From assembly GCA_046262595.1 (NCBI GenBank), contig JBHEMM010000027.1, positions 1 to 36,605 of the forward strand: a DNA stretch of 36,605 nucleotides, read 5' to 3'. This DNA comes from Vulcanimicrobiaceae bacterium (GTDB lineage Bacteria > Vulcanimicrobiota > Vulcanimicrobiia > Vulcanimicrobiales > Vulcanimicrobiaceae). Both the position numbers and the translations under genes were made by a program. The first letter of the stretch is position 1. Each line of letters opens with the position of its first letter. The notes under the pieces are model-generated. The model had not been told where the DNA came from. It saw only the letters and a program-made list of their open reading frames with translations, and did not search any database. Positions 20,058-29,970 of this stretch are shown piece by piece.

Positions 20058-21082
20058 CCACGGAAAACGTCAACATCATTGGGCTCACGCGCGATGTTTA
20101 TAAGGGCGCGCCCAGCACGCTATGCGCGGGCTGCGGACATAACTCGATCACCAATCACCTCGTCAAGGCGCTTTACGATTACGGCGTCGATCCGTACAAA
20201 CTTGCGAAGATGAGCGGCATCGGCTGCTCCTCCAAGACGCCGGCGTATTTCGTTGACCGCGCGCACGGCCTCAACGGCGTGCACGGGCGCATGCCTTCCT
20301 TAGCGACCGGCGCCAAACTCGCGAACCGGGAACTCATGGTACTGGGCGTGAGCGGAGACGGCGATACCGCGAGCATCGGCCTGGGGCAATACTGCCACCT
20401 CATCCGGCGCAACGTGGACTGCACGTACATCATCGAAGACAACGGCTGCTACGGCTTGACGAAAGGCCAATTCTCCGCCACGGCCGATCGCGGTTCGGTG
20501 TTGAAGAAAGGGCAAGTCAACGAGTTTGAAACGATCGACGTCTGCGGCCTGGCCGTCGAGCTCGGCGCCACATTCGTCGCGCGGTCGTTTTCCGGCGACG
20601 GCAAACAACTCATTCCGCTGCTGCAAGCGGCGTTTTCACACCGCGGCACGGCGATTCTGGACGTGATCAGCCCGTGCGTCACGTTTAACGACCATGAGGG
20701 CTCGACGAAAAGTTACGCCTACATCAAAGACCATCATAACCCGCTGCATGCGCCGGACTTCATCGTGGGACGGCAAGAGATCGCGGTGGACTACGAACCG
20801 GGCACGGTTATCGACATCGCGTTCGACGACGGTTACCGCGTGCTGTTGCGCAAACTCGAACGCGACTACGATCCGACCGACCGCAGCGGCGCGATGCGCG
20901 CAATGCACGAAGCACGCGGTCGCGGCGAACTGGTCACGGGCCTGCTCTATATCGACACGTCCGCGCGCGATCTCGGCGCGCGCGAACGTCTGCCCGCGAA
21001 GCCGCTGGCACAGCACGGTGAGAGCGAGCTGCGTATCGGGCGCACGGACTGGGAATCACTGATGGAATCGATGCGCGGCTAA
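20054..21082 (+). CDS. korB: 2-oxoacid:ferredoxin oxidoreductase subunit beta (TPP-binding)
   Basis: LCAGCGH, SGIGCSSK, HGR, GDGD…DNGCYGLTKGQFS, SPCVTFN. ATGA overlap gives start 20054. Confidence 0.93.
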   Translation: MTTENVNIIGLTRDVYKGAPSTLCAGCGHNSITNHLVKALYDYGVDPYKLAKMSGIGCSSKTPAYFVDRAHGLNGVHGRMPSLATGAKLANRELMVLGVSGDGDTASIGLGQYCHLIRRNVDCTYIIEDNGCYGLTKGQFSATADRGSVLKKGQVNEFETIDVCGLAVELGATFVARSFSGDGKQLIPLLQAAFSHRGTAILDVISPCVTFNDHEGSTKSYAYIKDHHNPLHAPDFIVGRQEIAVDYEPGTVIDIAFDDGYRVLLRKLERDYDPTDRSGAMRAMHEARGRGELVTGLLYIDTSARDLGARERLPAKPLAQHGESELRIGRTDWESLMESMRG

Positions 21083-21096
21083 CGCCGGCGCCACGC

Positions 21097-22464
21097 CTAC
21101 AGCGGCGCGGGGTAGTGGCCTTCGTCGCCGTACGGCAAAAACAGCGTATATTCGCGTTGAAAACGCAACTTCACCATGCCGGTGGGGCCGTTGCGGTGCT
21201 TGGCGACGATGAACTCCGTCAAATCCGGATCCTGCGCGTCGTTGTTGTAGTAGCCTTCGCGGTAAAGGAACGCAACCATATCCGATTCTTGCTCCAGCGA
21301 ACCGCTGTCGCGTAGATCGCTGAGCATCGGCCGTTTGTCGCTGCGCGTTTCCACGCCCCGGTTCAGCTGCGCCAGCGCGATAATCGGCACTTTCAAATCT
21401 TTTGCGGTCATCTTGAGCGTGCGGCAGATGTCTGAGAGCTCTTCGTTGCGGTTCGCGCCTTTGCTCAGAACCCCGGGGCGCACGAGCTGTAAGTAGTCAA
21501 TGAAAACCGCCGAAAGGCCGTGCGCCGATTTTAAGCGGCGGCACCGGCTGCGTATCTCCGAGACGGAAAGGCCGCCTGCATCGTCGAGATAGATTGAAAG
21601 ATCGTTGAGCACGCCCATCGCATCGGAGATTTTTTCCCAATGATGTGTTTTAATGTTGCCGCGGCGCATGTCGTGCATGCTGATGTGCGCTTCGGCGCAA
21701 ATCAGGCGCTGCACCAGCTCGTCGTTCGACATCTCCAGCGAGAAAAACGCGACCGGTTCCGATTCTTCGCGCGCCGCCGCCACGGCCATGTTCAGTGCGA
21801 ACGACGTTTTGCCCATGGCCGGCCGCGCCGCGACGATGACGAAGTTTCCCGGTTGAAAGCCGGTCGTCATCTCGTCGATGTCGCGAAAGCCTGACGTGAG
21901 GCCCGTGCGGTCGCCGCGGCTGTGAAAAAGTTTGTCGATGTGTTCGAATGCGGGCTTGAGCAGGCGGCTGACGGGCGTGAATTCGCCCGTATTCTGCCGC
22001 ATGCCGATTTCGTACACCATCTGCTCGCTCTGATCGAGCGCGCCTTCCACATCTTCTTCATGCTCGAAGCCGAGCTGCGTGATGCGCGTTCCGGCGTGGA
22101 TCAAATTTCGCAGCACCGATTTTTCGCGCACGATTTTCGCGTAATACGCCGCGGATGCAGCGCTTTGCACCGTGTCCATGAGCGAGGACAGATACGGCAA
22201 GCCGCCCACGTTCTCGAGCTGCGAGCGGCGTTTGAGCTCTTCGGCGAGCGTAATTTTGTCCAGCGGTTCGCCGCGATCGAACAAATGCATCAGCGCACCG
22301 TAGATCGACTCGTGAACGTGCGCGTAGAAGTCTTCGGGGTGCACGATTTCGCTGACGATGCCCATGATCTCGCGATCGACGAGGACCGAGCCGATAAGTG
22401 CCATCTCCGCCTCAAGGTTTTGCGGCGGGATCCGGTCGATGACGGGCAGATTTGAAACGGTCAT
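21097..22464 (-). CDS. dnaB: Replicative DNA helicase
   Basis: PPQNLEAE, AARPAMGKT, FSLEM, IDYLQL, LAQLNR, SDLRDSGSLEQ, KHRNGPTG. Confidence 0.98.
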   Translation of the reverse strand: MTVSNLPVIDRIPPQNLEAEMALIGSVLVDREIMGIVSEIVHPEDFYAHVHESIYGALMHLFDRGEPLDKITLAEELKRRSQLENVGGLPYLSSLMDTVQSAASAAYYAKIVREKSVLRNLIHAGTRITQLGFEHEEDVEGALDQSEQMVYEIGMRQNTGEFTPVSRLLKPAFEHIDKLFHSRGDRTGLTSGFRDIDEMTTGFQPGNFVIVAARPAMGKTSFALNMAVAAAREESEPVAFFSLEMSNDELVQRLICAEAHISMHDMRRGNIKTHHWEKISDAMGVLNDLSIYLDDAGGLSVSEIRSRCRRLKSAHGLSAVFIDYLQLVRPGVLSKGANRNEELSDICRTLKMTAKDLKVPIIALAQLNRGVETRSDKRPMLSDLRDSGSLEQESDMVAFLYREGYYNNDAQDPDLTEFIVAKHRNGPTGMVKLRFQREYTLFLPYGDEGHYPAPL

Positions 22465-24422
22465 GTGCGCGTGGAAGTAGTCCGCCGTCCACGCACCGCG
22501 CGCCTTGTGGAATTCTTGTGGACAGATACCGCGCGCAATGCTTGGTCGACACTGGTGATCGAGACCACATCGATTCCTGCCAGCGTGCGATCGATTTCGT
22601 TCATGTTTTCCTTAGGCAGCAGAATCGCGCGCATCCCGGCTTGGCGGGCTGCATACAGTTTTTCCACGATTCCGCCGACCGGACGCACCTTGCCCTGAAT
22701 CGAGAGCTCGCCGGTGATAGCGACGTCTTGCGGCAGCGGCTTTTTCGTGAGCGCCGAGTAGAGCGCGAGAAAGATCGCCAGACCCGCGGAGGGACCGTCG
22801 ATGTTTCCCCCGCCGATCACGTTGATGTGCAGGTCGTAATTCGCCGTGTCCAAGCCCGTGGCCGAGCGCAGCACGGCGGCCGCGTTAAAAACGCTGTCCT
22901 TCGCCATCGAGCCCGCCGCGTCGTTAAAACGCACCGTGCCTTTGCCCGCGGCAGACGCGGGAAACGCGACCGCTTCGATCTCGATGATGCTGCCCAGATA
23001 GTGCAGCACACCCAAACCGAACGTTTTTCCGATCTCCCGCAGCGCACGCCCTTTGACCAGCGTATGCTGCACCAGGCGGCTGGATTGCACGACATCGCGT
23101 ACGTCCGACTCGCCGATGGTCACGCGGTCCGACTTTGTTCCCATGCGGTAAAGCGCGTGTCCGAAAGCGTCGGCCACAACCTGCACCGCCCGGCGCCCTT
23201 CGATCGTGTAGGAAGAAATCAGCGCGGCAACGCCGCGCGCCGCCTTCGCACCCAAGCGCTTCACGGCAGCATTCACGATGGAAACGATTTGGTGCTGCGT
23301 GAGCGGTTCGAAATAGACCGCCGCGCACCGGGACCGGATGGCCGGGTCGATGTCTTCCGGCTCGCGCGTCGTCGCGCCGATTAAAATGAAATCCGCGGGC
23401 GCGCCTTCTTTGAACAGCCGCTTGATGTACTCGGGAACGTTCGGCGCACTCTCATCGAAATACGACGACTCGAACGTCACCTTTTTATCTTCGAGGACCT
23501 TGAGCAGGCGCGTCTGCAGCAGCGCATCCATCTCGCCGATCTCGTCGATGAACAGCACGCCGCCGTGTGCCCGCGTCACCAAACCGAGTTTTGGTTCCGG
23601 AATGCCGCTTTCAGCGAATTCGCGCCGGCTGCCCTGATAGATCGGGTCGTGAACGCTGCCCAGCAGCGGATTCGTGGTTTCGCGGGGATCCCAGCGCAGC
23701 GTCGTGCCGCTGGCTTCAACGAAGGGTGCAGCCTTGCTGAACGGCGTGTACGCGCGGGCTTTCGCCACTTCCAACGCCAGGCGCGCGACGGTGGTCTTTC
23801 CAACGCCCGGCGGCCCGTAGAGGATAACGTGCTGCGGATATGGCGAAGAGATTTTCGCCAGCAGCGAGCGGATCGCGGCCTCTTGTCCGACGACTTCTTT
23901 CAACGACTGCGGCCGCAGCAATTGCAGCGCGGAGGCGGAAAGGCCGCTGCCGCTCAGCTTCTCGAGGTCTTCCAGCTTTTTCTGCGTCACGGGTGTTTCG
24001 GGGCCCGAGTCCTCGCGCAGCGCCTCGAGCTTGAGGTCCTTGAGATAATCTTGATGACGCTCGATCATCTTCGCGTTGATCTTGCGTTCGATCGTGTCTT
24101 CGACGCTGCGCTGCGCGATGAGGTCGGCCAAGCGCTCTTCGATGTCGGCAATCACACGGCGCGTATTGGCGCGCCCCGTCACGCGTTCGAGCGTCGGATC
24201 CTCAAACACCAGCCGCTGCAACGCGCACACCCGATCGGGCAACGCTTGCGAACGCATCATTTTGAGAGCGTGCATCTTGCCGGCGCGCAGAACCAACTTG
24301 TCGGGCCCGATCGTTCCCGCGAGCACGTCGTACAACGCGCCGACGTAACGGCTCAGTTCGTCTTCGCTGCTGAATTTGCGGCGAAAACGGGCTGTGTAGG
24401 GATTCTCACCGGCGGCGGCCAT
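22461..24422 (-). CDS. lonC: Lon family ATP-dependent protease (LonC type)
   Basis: LRPQSLKEVVGQ, GPPGVGKT, LFIDEIGE, Ser-Lys dyad (IDGPSAG…GGIVEK). ATG 24422 avoids overlap with rplI. Confidence 0.9.
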   Translation of the reverse strand: MAAAGENPYTARFRRKFSSEDELSRYVGALYDVLAGTIGPDKLVLRAGKMHALKMMRSQALPDRVCALQRLVFEDPTLERVTGRANTRRVIADIEERLADLIAQRSVEDTIERKINAKMIERHQDYLKDLKLEALREDSGPETPVTQKKLEDLEKLSGSGLSASALQLLRPQSLKEVVGQEAAIRSLLAKISSPYPQHVILYGPPGVGKTTVARLALEVAKARAYTPFSKAAPFVEASGTTLRWDPRETTNPLLGSVHDPIYQGSRREFAESGIPEPKLGLVTRAHGGVLFIDEIGEMDALLQTRLLKVLEDKKVTFESSYFDESAPNVPEYIKRLFKEGAPADFILIGATTREPEDIDPAIRSRCAAVYFEPLTQHQIVSIVNAAVKRLGAKAARGVAALISSYTIEGRRAVQVVADAFGHALYRMGTKSDRVTIGESDVRDVVQSSRLVQHTLVKGRALREIGKTFGLGVLHYLGSIIEIEAVAFPASAAGKGTVRFNDAAGSMAKDSVFNAAAVLRSATGLDTANYDLHINVIGGGNIDGPSAGLAIFLALYSALTKKPLPQDVAITGELSIQGKVRPVGGIVEKLYAARQAGMRAILLPKENMNEIDRTLAGIDVVSITSVDQALRAVSVHKNSTRRAVRGRRTTSTRT

Positions 24423-24426
24423 AGGC

Positions 24427-24873
24427 CTATCCGGCGACCACACTCACCATCGTCTTGGCGACGACATTCTTGCCAAGGCGAATTTCGACGGGATAGCTTC
24501 CCAGCGCTTTGATGCTGCTTTTCACTTCGATCTTATGCTTGTCCACGTCGATATCGAACGTTTCGGTGATCGCGGTGGCGATATCGGAATTCGTGACCGT
24601 TCCGAAGAGCCGGCCGTTTCCGCCCGCGCGCGCCCGCACCGCCAGCGGCTTGCTCTCAAGCAATTTCGCTAACTCGTGCGTATCGGCAAGCGCTTGGGCC
24701 TCACGCTTGGCCTGCGCTTTGTTTTGCTGTTCGAGCATCGCCATGGCGCCTTTGCTCGCCTCGGCCGCAAGGCTGCGCGGCAGCAAAAAGTTGCGGCCGT
24801 AGCCCTCCGCCACCTCGACGATGGCGCCTTTTTTCCCGAGCGGCTTTACATCGCTCAAGAGGATTACTTTCAA
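24427..24873 (-). CDS. rplI: 50S ribosomal protein L9
   Basis: MKVILLSDVKPLGKKG…VAEGYGRNFLLP, RLFGTVT, IKALG. Confidence 0.98.
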   Translation of the reverse strand: MKVILLSDVKPLGKKGAIVEVAEGYGRNFLLPRSLAAEASKGAMAMLEQQNKAQAKREAQALADTHELAKLLESKPLAVRARAGGNGRLFGTVTNSDIATAITETFDIDVDKHKIEVKSSIKALGSYPVEIRLGKNVVAKTMVSVVAG

Positions 24874-24875
24874 GA

Positions 24876-25121
24876 TTACTCCGTAACGAAAGGAAGAAAA
24901 GCGATCACACGCGCGCGTTTTACCGCGACGGTAAGCAGACGTTGGTGCTTGGCGCAGTTGCCCGAAATGCGGCGCGGAAGAATTTTCCCGCGCTCGGACA
25001 CGTACTTCTTAAGCCGGCCGACATCTTTATAATTAATGTCGAGCGCTTTGTCGGCGCAGAAGTTGCAGGGCTTGCGTTTGACGCGGCGTTCTTTGACCGC
25101 GCGTTTGGGTTTCGTAGCCAT
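24876..25121 (-). CDS. rpsR: 30S ribosomal protein S18 (zinc-binding C+ form)
   Basis: CNFC…INYKDV…[20 protein letters not shown]…KRAR. ATG 25121 follows GAAAGGGA. Confidence 0.98.
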   Translation of the reverse strand: MATKPKRAVKERRVKRKPCNFCADKALDINYKDVGRLKKYVSERGKILPRRISGNCAKHQRLLTVAVKRARVIAFLPFVTE

Positions 25122-25147
25122 GTTCGTCCCTTTCACTAGGTGGTTGC

Positions 25148-25211
25148 GGTCACGTCGCGTGGCGCACGCGTGACCCTAGCGAAGTGACGCGTCCAAAAAA
25201 GACGCGTCACT
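25148..25211 (-). promoter_or_regulatory. Two adjacent hairpins in the rpsR 5' leader
   Basis: AGTGACGCGTC-N7-GACGCGTCACT (25183-25211) and GGTCACG…CGTGACC (25148-25175). Confidence 0.6.
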
Positions 25212-25255
25212 ACCAGAACCGGATACCGGGGCTGGGTTTGCTAAAAGCAGGTTAG

Positions 25256-25284
25256 AGTATATCGCCTACCAGACGCTCTGACTA
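25256..25284 (-). promoter_or_regulatory. Putative sigma70-type promoter of the rpsR-rplI-lonC-dnaB operon
   Basis: Minus strand TAGTCA-N17-TATACT. Confidence 0.6.
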
Positions 25285-25314
25285 CCCCAAAAACTCCCGA
25301 ACACCTGTTCGCGT

Positions 25315-27273
25315 TCAGTTGCATCCGTTCGAGGTCATGAGCACGTAGCCGTCGTTCGAGCCGATCGTCAGCGGGTTGCTTACTGCCCGGCCGAACAAGT
25401 CCGTGTAGACGTGTCCCGTTGGAAGGTGCGCGACCTCGCTGTTCGATCCCGATCCGCCGTTCACGACAACGAGCGCATTTGCGAAGCGCCGGTAGTAGAT
25501 GCTGGGGTTGCTCGAATCGCGCGCGCTGTAATACTCGCCGCACGGTGCGCCGGTATTCGCCGTATATTGGCTGTGCCAATTCTCCACGCCGTACCCTTTC
25601 GAGTTCGCAGCAAAGAGTGACTCGGCTTGCTCGTTGCCCATCAGATACGTGGCGACCGACCATTCGATCTGCGGCGTGCCCACGTTCAGGCTTCCCCAAT
25701 TGTCGTTGGTGAGTACGGCGACGCCGTGCTGCTGCGCATACGTCGCCCAATTCACGGCGCGGGTGAAGTACGATGCCGACCCCTTGATGTAGTTGCCGTA
25801 GAAGCTGAAGCCGTCTTCGTTTAAAACCGCATCGACGTTCGAGAGAAAGGCCTGTTCTTGCGTCGTCAGCGTCGTCGCCGGATGGTTGACGATCAGCTTC
25901 AGGCGGTAAGGCGCAAGCACCGGATCGGTGGTCAGCAGCGCATGCGCCTGTTTTACCCAGGCGACGACATCCGCAGCCCAATTGGCATCCATCACGCCGG
26001 TGTAGCGGCGCACGAACGATCCGTTTTGATGGATGCCGCAGCCGTATGAGCCCGAACCGGCGCCCGCATCGGATTGCCAGAACGTCGCTTCGTCGATTGC
26101 GAGCGCATGATACCCTAACTGATGCGCGTAGTTCGCCATTAAACGCACTTGGTAATCCACGACCGCTGGGTTGTGAACGTCGAGCGGGACGTTGTTCAAA
26201 CCCGGAACCCACGCGGGATTTGCCGACACCGAGCCGCTCGCCGTGCATGCGTACAACACCCAGTCCGGATGAACGCTTTGCCACCACGTCAGTGTGTGTC
26301 CGATCGCGCCCCAGCCGGTGGGGCTTTCATCGGTTTCGAGGGCGTTATAGTACGCTGTTTGCAGCCCGGGATTGCTCGTAAGCCATGCCGTGCCGATGTT
26401 GTTGCGCGCTCCCCAGACCGCCGAGTAGCGATTGCCGTTCGCCGCGGCAGCAGCTTGGGTGATATAGCCGTCTGCCGTGTCGTCGAACACCTGCATCGCG
26501 CTGATCTTGCCCCAGCTGCTGGGCATGAACGCGCTCTGAACGGGCTGCGTCAACCCCGTTTGCGAAACTATCGCAGGCGTAGCCGTAGGCGTAGGCCTCG
26601 GCGCGGGACTGGGCGCCGTAGTCGACACCGGCTTCGCCGTAGCGCTTGCAGCGGGCGCCGGCGATCCGGACGGCAACCCCGACGGCGATGCGGACGGACT
26701 CGCGGTGCTGCCGCCGGATTGCGCCACCGTGAGCGCGGTCAGCGACGTGCTGTAAGAGCCCGTGCCTGCAACGGTGACGGTTTCGCCCACGAACGGCTGC
26801 GGCCCGGTCACGCGCGTGCCCGCATTCGTCCAAACGTTTAAGTAGCCGACTCCGGGCGGCCCGTGCACTTCAAACCCGCCGCTGATCAGCGCAACGATGG
26901 GGGCGGTAAAGCCGAGCACCGCTCCCTGCGCAACTTGCGTAGCGGTCATCGAGGTGGTGACGCTGCCGGTTCCCGTTGCGGCAATCTGTTCGCCCAGGAA
27001 CGGCTTTGCGCCGATGAAGACGGTCGATGAAGTCGTATAAACATTAAAATAGCCGAATCCGCTGCCGCCTTGCATTTCAAAGCCGCCGGACATAAAGCCG
27101 ACAACCTTACCCGTGACCGTTAGGGCGGTCCCTGAGGACGAGTATAGTCCCTCGCCGGTGGTGGGTTTGGAGGTCTGCGGCAACGCGGCTTGTCCGCCGC
27201 CGCCGGAGCACGCGGCAGAACCGGCGATGAACGCAAAAAGCAGTGCGAGTCGTAACGCATGAACGGTCTTCAT
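25315..27273 (-). CDS. Secreted lipoprotein with two OB-like (DUF5666-like) repeats, a Ser/Pro/Thr linker and a putative glycoside hydrolase domain (GHL15-like)
   Basis: Lipobox SAAC; two about 65-aa repeats; SPSASPSGLPSGSP…PTPTATP linker; HPDWVLY, LDVHNPAV, LAIDE, VLNEDGF, YYRRFANALVVVN. Confidence 0.7.
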   Translation of the reverse strand: MKTVHALRLALLFAFIAGSAACSGGGGQAALPQTSKPTTGEGLYSSSGTALTVTGKVVGFMSGGFEMQGGSGFGYFNVYTTSSTVFIGAKPFLGEQIAATGTGSVTTSMTATQVAQGAVLGFTAPIVALISGGFEVHGPPGVGYLNVWTNAGTRVTGPQPFVGETVTVAGTGSYSTSLTALTVAQSGGSTASPSASPSGLPSGSPAPAASATAKPVSTTAPSPAPRPTPTATPAIVSQTGLTQPVQSAFMPSSWGKISAMQVFDDTADGYITQAAAAANGNRYSAVWGARNNIGTAWLTSNPGLQTAYYNALETDESPTGWGAIGHTLTWWQSVHPDWVLYACTASGSVSANPAWVPGLNNVPLDVHNPAVVDYQVRLMANYAHQLGYHALAIDEATFWQSDAGAGSGSYGCGIHQNGSFVRRYTGVMDANWAADVVAWVKQAHALLTTDPVLAPYRLKLIVNHPATTLTTQEQAFLSNVDAVLNEDGFSFYGNYIKGSASYFTRAVNWATYAQQHGVAVLTNDNWGSLNVGTPQIEWSVATYLMGNEQAESLFAANSKGYGVENWHSQYTANTGAPCGEYYSARDSSNPSIYYRRFANALVVVNGGSGSNSEVAHLPTGHVYTDLFGRAVSNPLTIGSNDGYVLMTSNGCN

Positions 27274-27390
27274 GCATGTTTAGTCGGCGCCGGAAGCTTG
27301 CCGGATTAGAAAGGTGTTTGACTCTTAACGCATGTCGCGCGCACCCGCTAATTCCACCCATCAAGCAAGCATGCGCGCCAGCGTTTCTCG

Positions 27391-28821
27391 TTAAAACAAG
27401 TTCCAAAGATACTGGTTATAGACTTCGTGGTGGTACTGCACTTCTTGCGGTTTCACGAAGGTGCCGAGCAGGCGCGCGCACCGGTCGGCGCTAGCCTGTT
27501 TTAAATCGGCATAGCGAGCCTTGACCTCTTCGCCAAGCAGCTCGGACGTCCAAGCCGATGCCCGGAAGTTCGCGAGCGCGTCGTAGATGTTGTCGGGCAG
27601 ATAACGCTCGGCTTGGCGCAGATTGTTCTCGCCGCTGATATGGCCTTCCAATCCGGTTTTGAACACCGCCAGCATCACCATGTACGGGTTGGCATCGGGC
27701 GCGACGGAGCGCACTTCGACGCGCGAGCTGCGTTCGTTGCCGATGGGAATGCGCACCATCGATCCGCGATCGACTGCCGAAGCTTTGATTTGATTGGGCG
27801 CCTCGAAGTGCGGGTCCAGCCGGCGGTATGCGTTCACGCTGCTGTTCAGCATCAAGCAAACGTCTTGGCCCGCCGTGAGAACGCGATCGACGAACTGCCA
27901 GGCGAACGGACTAAGTTTTTCTTCGCCGTCCGGATCCCAAAAGAGGTTCTTGCCGTCTTTGCTCACCGAAACGTTCGTGTGCATGCCGTTGCCGTTGACG
28001 CCGACGACGGGCTTAGGCAAAAAGCTCGCCGTCATGCCCAGCTTCGTGGCCACCTGGCGGCAGATCAGTTTGTACAGTTGGATCTGATCGGCGGCCCCAA
28101 CGACCTCGCCGTATTCGTAGTTGATCTCAAACTGCGCCGGCGCCACTTCGGGGTGATCCTTTTCGTTCTGAAAGCCCATGGCGCGCTGCACTTCGGCCAC
28201 CGTGTCGATGAACGTGCGCAGCGGATCGCCGGGAAGCGAATGATAGTATCCGCCGGTATTGGCGTAATCGAACGTGCCGGTTTCGTGGAAGCGGCGCTCG
28301 GCGTCTAACCCGCTGAAAAGGAAGCCTTCGATTTCATTTGCGGCATTGAGCGTGTAGCCGTTGCGCGCGAACTGATCGTTGGAGAGCGCTTTGAGAAGCC
28401 CGCGCACGTCGGCGGCATACGGATTGCCTTCGCGATCCTCAACCTCGCCGAATACGAGCACTTTACCGGGCCCGAAAATGTCGGCCGGCGCCCAATAGAA
28501 CGAACCCCAATCCAAGAACAAGCGCAGATCGCTCTCGCGCTGCGCGGTGAAACCGCGGATGGACGAACCGTCGAAGGTCAGATTGTCGTGCGATTTGAGC
28601 AAAAACTTTTTGTCGTAGTCCAGCATCTGCAGCCGGCCTTCGAGATCGCTGAACAGGACGGTGACCGCTTTGATCCGTTTTTCATCGGTCAAGTATTTCA
28701 AGCGGTTTTCTTGAACTTTGCCGGTGTCGACGCGCTTTTTGCGGTGTTCTTTTGCCTCGAGATTCATCTCTTCGAGCTGGCCGTAAGGCAGCTCGAGAAA
28801 GTCGCGCAGTTCGGTTGCCAT
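27391..28821 (-). CDS. glnA: Glutamine synthetase (type I family)
   Basis: FDGSSIRGF, EIEGFLF, HPEVAPAQFE, FLPKP..GVNGNGMHTN, NAYRRL, RIP, EVRSVAPDANPY. Confidence 0.92.
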   Translation of the reverse strand: MATELRDFLELPYGQLEEMNLEAKEHRKKRVDTGKVQENRLKYLTDEKRIKAVTVLFSDLEGRLQMLDYDKKFLLKSHDNLTFDGSSIRGFTAQRESDLRLFLDWGSFYWAPADIFGPGKVLVFGEVEDREGNPYAADVRGLLKALSNDQFARNGYTLNAANEIEGFLFSGLDAERRFHETGTFDYANTGGYYHSLPGDPLRTFIDTVAEVQRAMGFQNEKDHPEVAPAQFEINYEYGEVVGAADQIQLYKLICRQVATKLGMTASFLPKPVVGVNGNGMHTNVSVSKDGKNLFWDPDGEEKLSPFAWQFVDRVLTAGQDVCLMLNSSVNAYRRLDPHFEAPNQIKASAVDRGSMVRIPIGNERSSRVEVRSVAPDANPYMVMLAVFKTGLEGHISGENNLRQAERYLPDNIYDALANFRASAWTSELLGEEVKARYADLKQASADRCARLLGTFVKPQEVQYHHEVYNQYLWNLF

Positions 28822-28958
28822 GCTCCATCGGTTAGACGGGCAGGCGCCCTAGCCTCTCGCGAATTCCGGCGCCCGCGCCGCTTGCTTTCACCGTAGGTCC
28901 TACCTGAAACGGACGTTCGCATAGAAGAGCCCGCGCGTTGAGCGGGTAATCTATCCAT

Positions 28959-29930
28959 ATGCCTCGTGCGCTCGCCGCTGCAACCGCCGCGCTCGCCGTC
29001 CTTGCTTGGGCGGGAATGCCCGCGGCTGCGCAAGCGCCGCCGCCCGACGCGTACGCCATCTTCGACCGCGCCCGCCATGTGTGGGGCGCGCAGCATTATC
29101 CGGCGTACCTGGGCTACACGATCGCGGTGAACGTGACGGAGTCGGGCGTCGCGAAAACCCGGCACTATCACGTAACGTACGACGCGCAGAACGATCTCAT
29201 CGACGTGAACCCCGTCAGCGACGAAGAACAGGCCGCGCCACCGACGCCGGTCGGTTTCGTGCTGCACCTTCAGCCCAAACGTCAGGGCCGCGTCATCATC
29301 GACAAAAAGGTGGGCAACCCGGGCGAGGCGGTGGACTATTTGGGCGTGCCCAAGCTTTCGCCGACCTACGCCTTCGGCCTGAATGCCGCCGCCGAGGACG
29401 AACAAACGCCTTCCTCCAGCGCCCTTGTCGCGCAGATCCGCAAAGAGTTCAACGATCCCGTTCCGGATGCAAAGGCGCGCGAGCTTTCCAGCGCCGGCGG
29501 CATGAAGACGATCGCCGTCGTTTCGACTCGCACGCGAGCGTACACGATCGCACTCTCCGGCGTGCAGACAATCGACGGGCACGACTGCTATCACTTGCTG
29601 CTCACGCCGGCGCACGACCCCGATCGGCTGCGCTTGCGCGAACTCTGGGTCGACCGCGAGACGTATCAAACGCGGCAGCTCTTGAGTGCCGGCAACTTCA
29701 CGGGTTCGAGCGTGCCGTGGCTGGTGACATTCGAAGAAGTCAACGGCGCAATGTATATCGCTTCGGAATCCGCGCAGAGTCCCATCGGCGTGGGCGAACA
29801 TCACTACGAAAAGGCGAGCATCGCATTCGAAACGATCGCTCCCACGCCGCGCCCCGTGCATCAATCCAGCTTCTTCGAGACGAACCAAACAATTATGACG
29901 GAGCCTGACCCGGGAAACTATCCGCACTAG
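28959..29930 (+). CDS. Secreted hypothetical protein with LolA/MucB-like C-terminal motif
   Basis: Ala-rich signal peptide; YTIALSGVQTIDGHDCYHLLLTP…RELWVDRETY. Confidence 0.7.
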   Translation: MPRALAAATAALAVLAWAGMPAAAQAPPPDAYAIFDRARHVWGAQHYPAYLGYTIAVNVTESGVAKTRHYHVTYDAQNDLIDVNPVSDEEQAAPPTPVGFVLHLQPKRQGRVIIDKKVGNPGEAVDYLGVPKLSPTYAFGLNAAAEDEQTPSSSALVAQIRKEFNDPVPDAKARELSSAGGMKTIAVVSTRTRAYTIALSGVQTIDGHDCYHLLLTPAHDPDRLRLRELWVDRETYQTRQLLSAGNFTGSSVPWLVTFEEVNGAMYIASESAQSPIGVGEHHYEKASIAFETIAPTPRPVHQSSFFETNQTIMTEPDPGNYPH

Positions 29931-29970
29931 CGGCAATTCGCGGCCGATCGCCGCCGCCGCGGCGTTCTTC

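Noticed and set aside
21097..22464. Intein in DnaB
   Set aside because: The length (455 aa) and continuous motifs show no insertion.
29896..29970. Possible further small indels hiding the true start of the alpha/beta hydrolase
   Set aside because: Hydrophobic codons extend upstream of GTG 29971, but no unique repair can be inferred.
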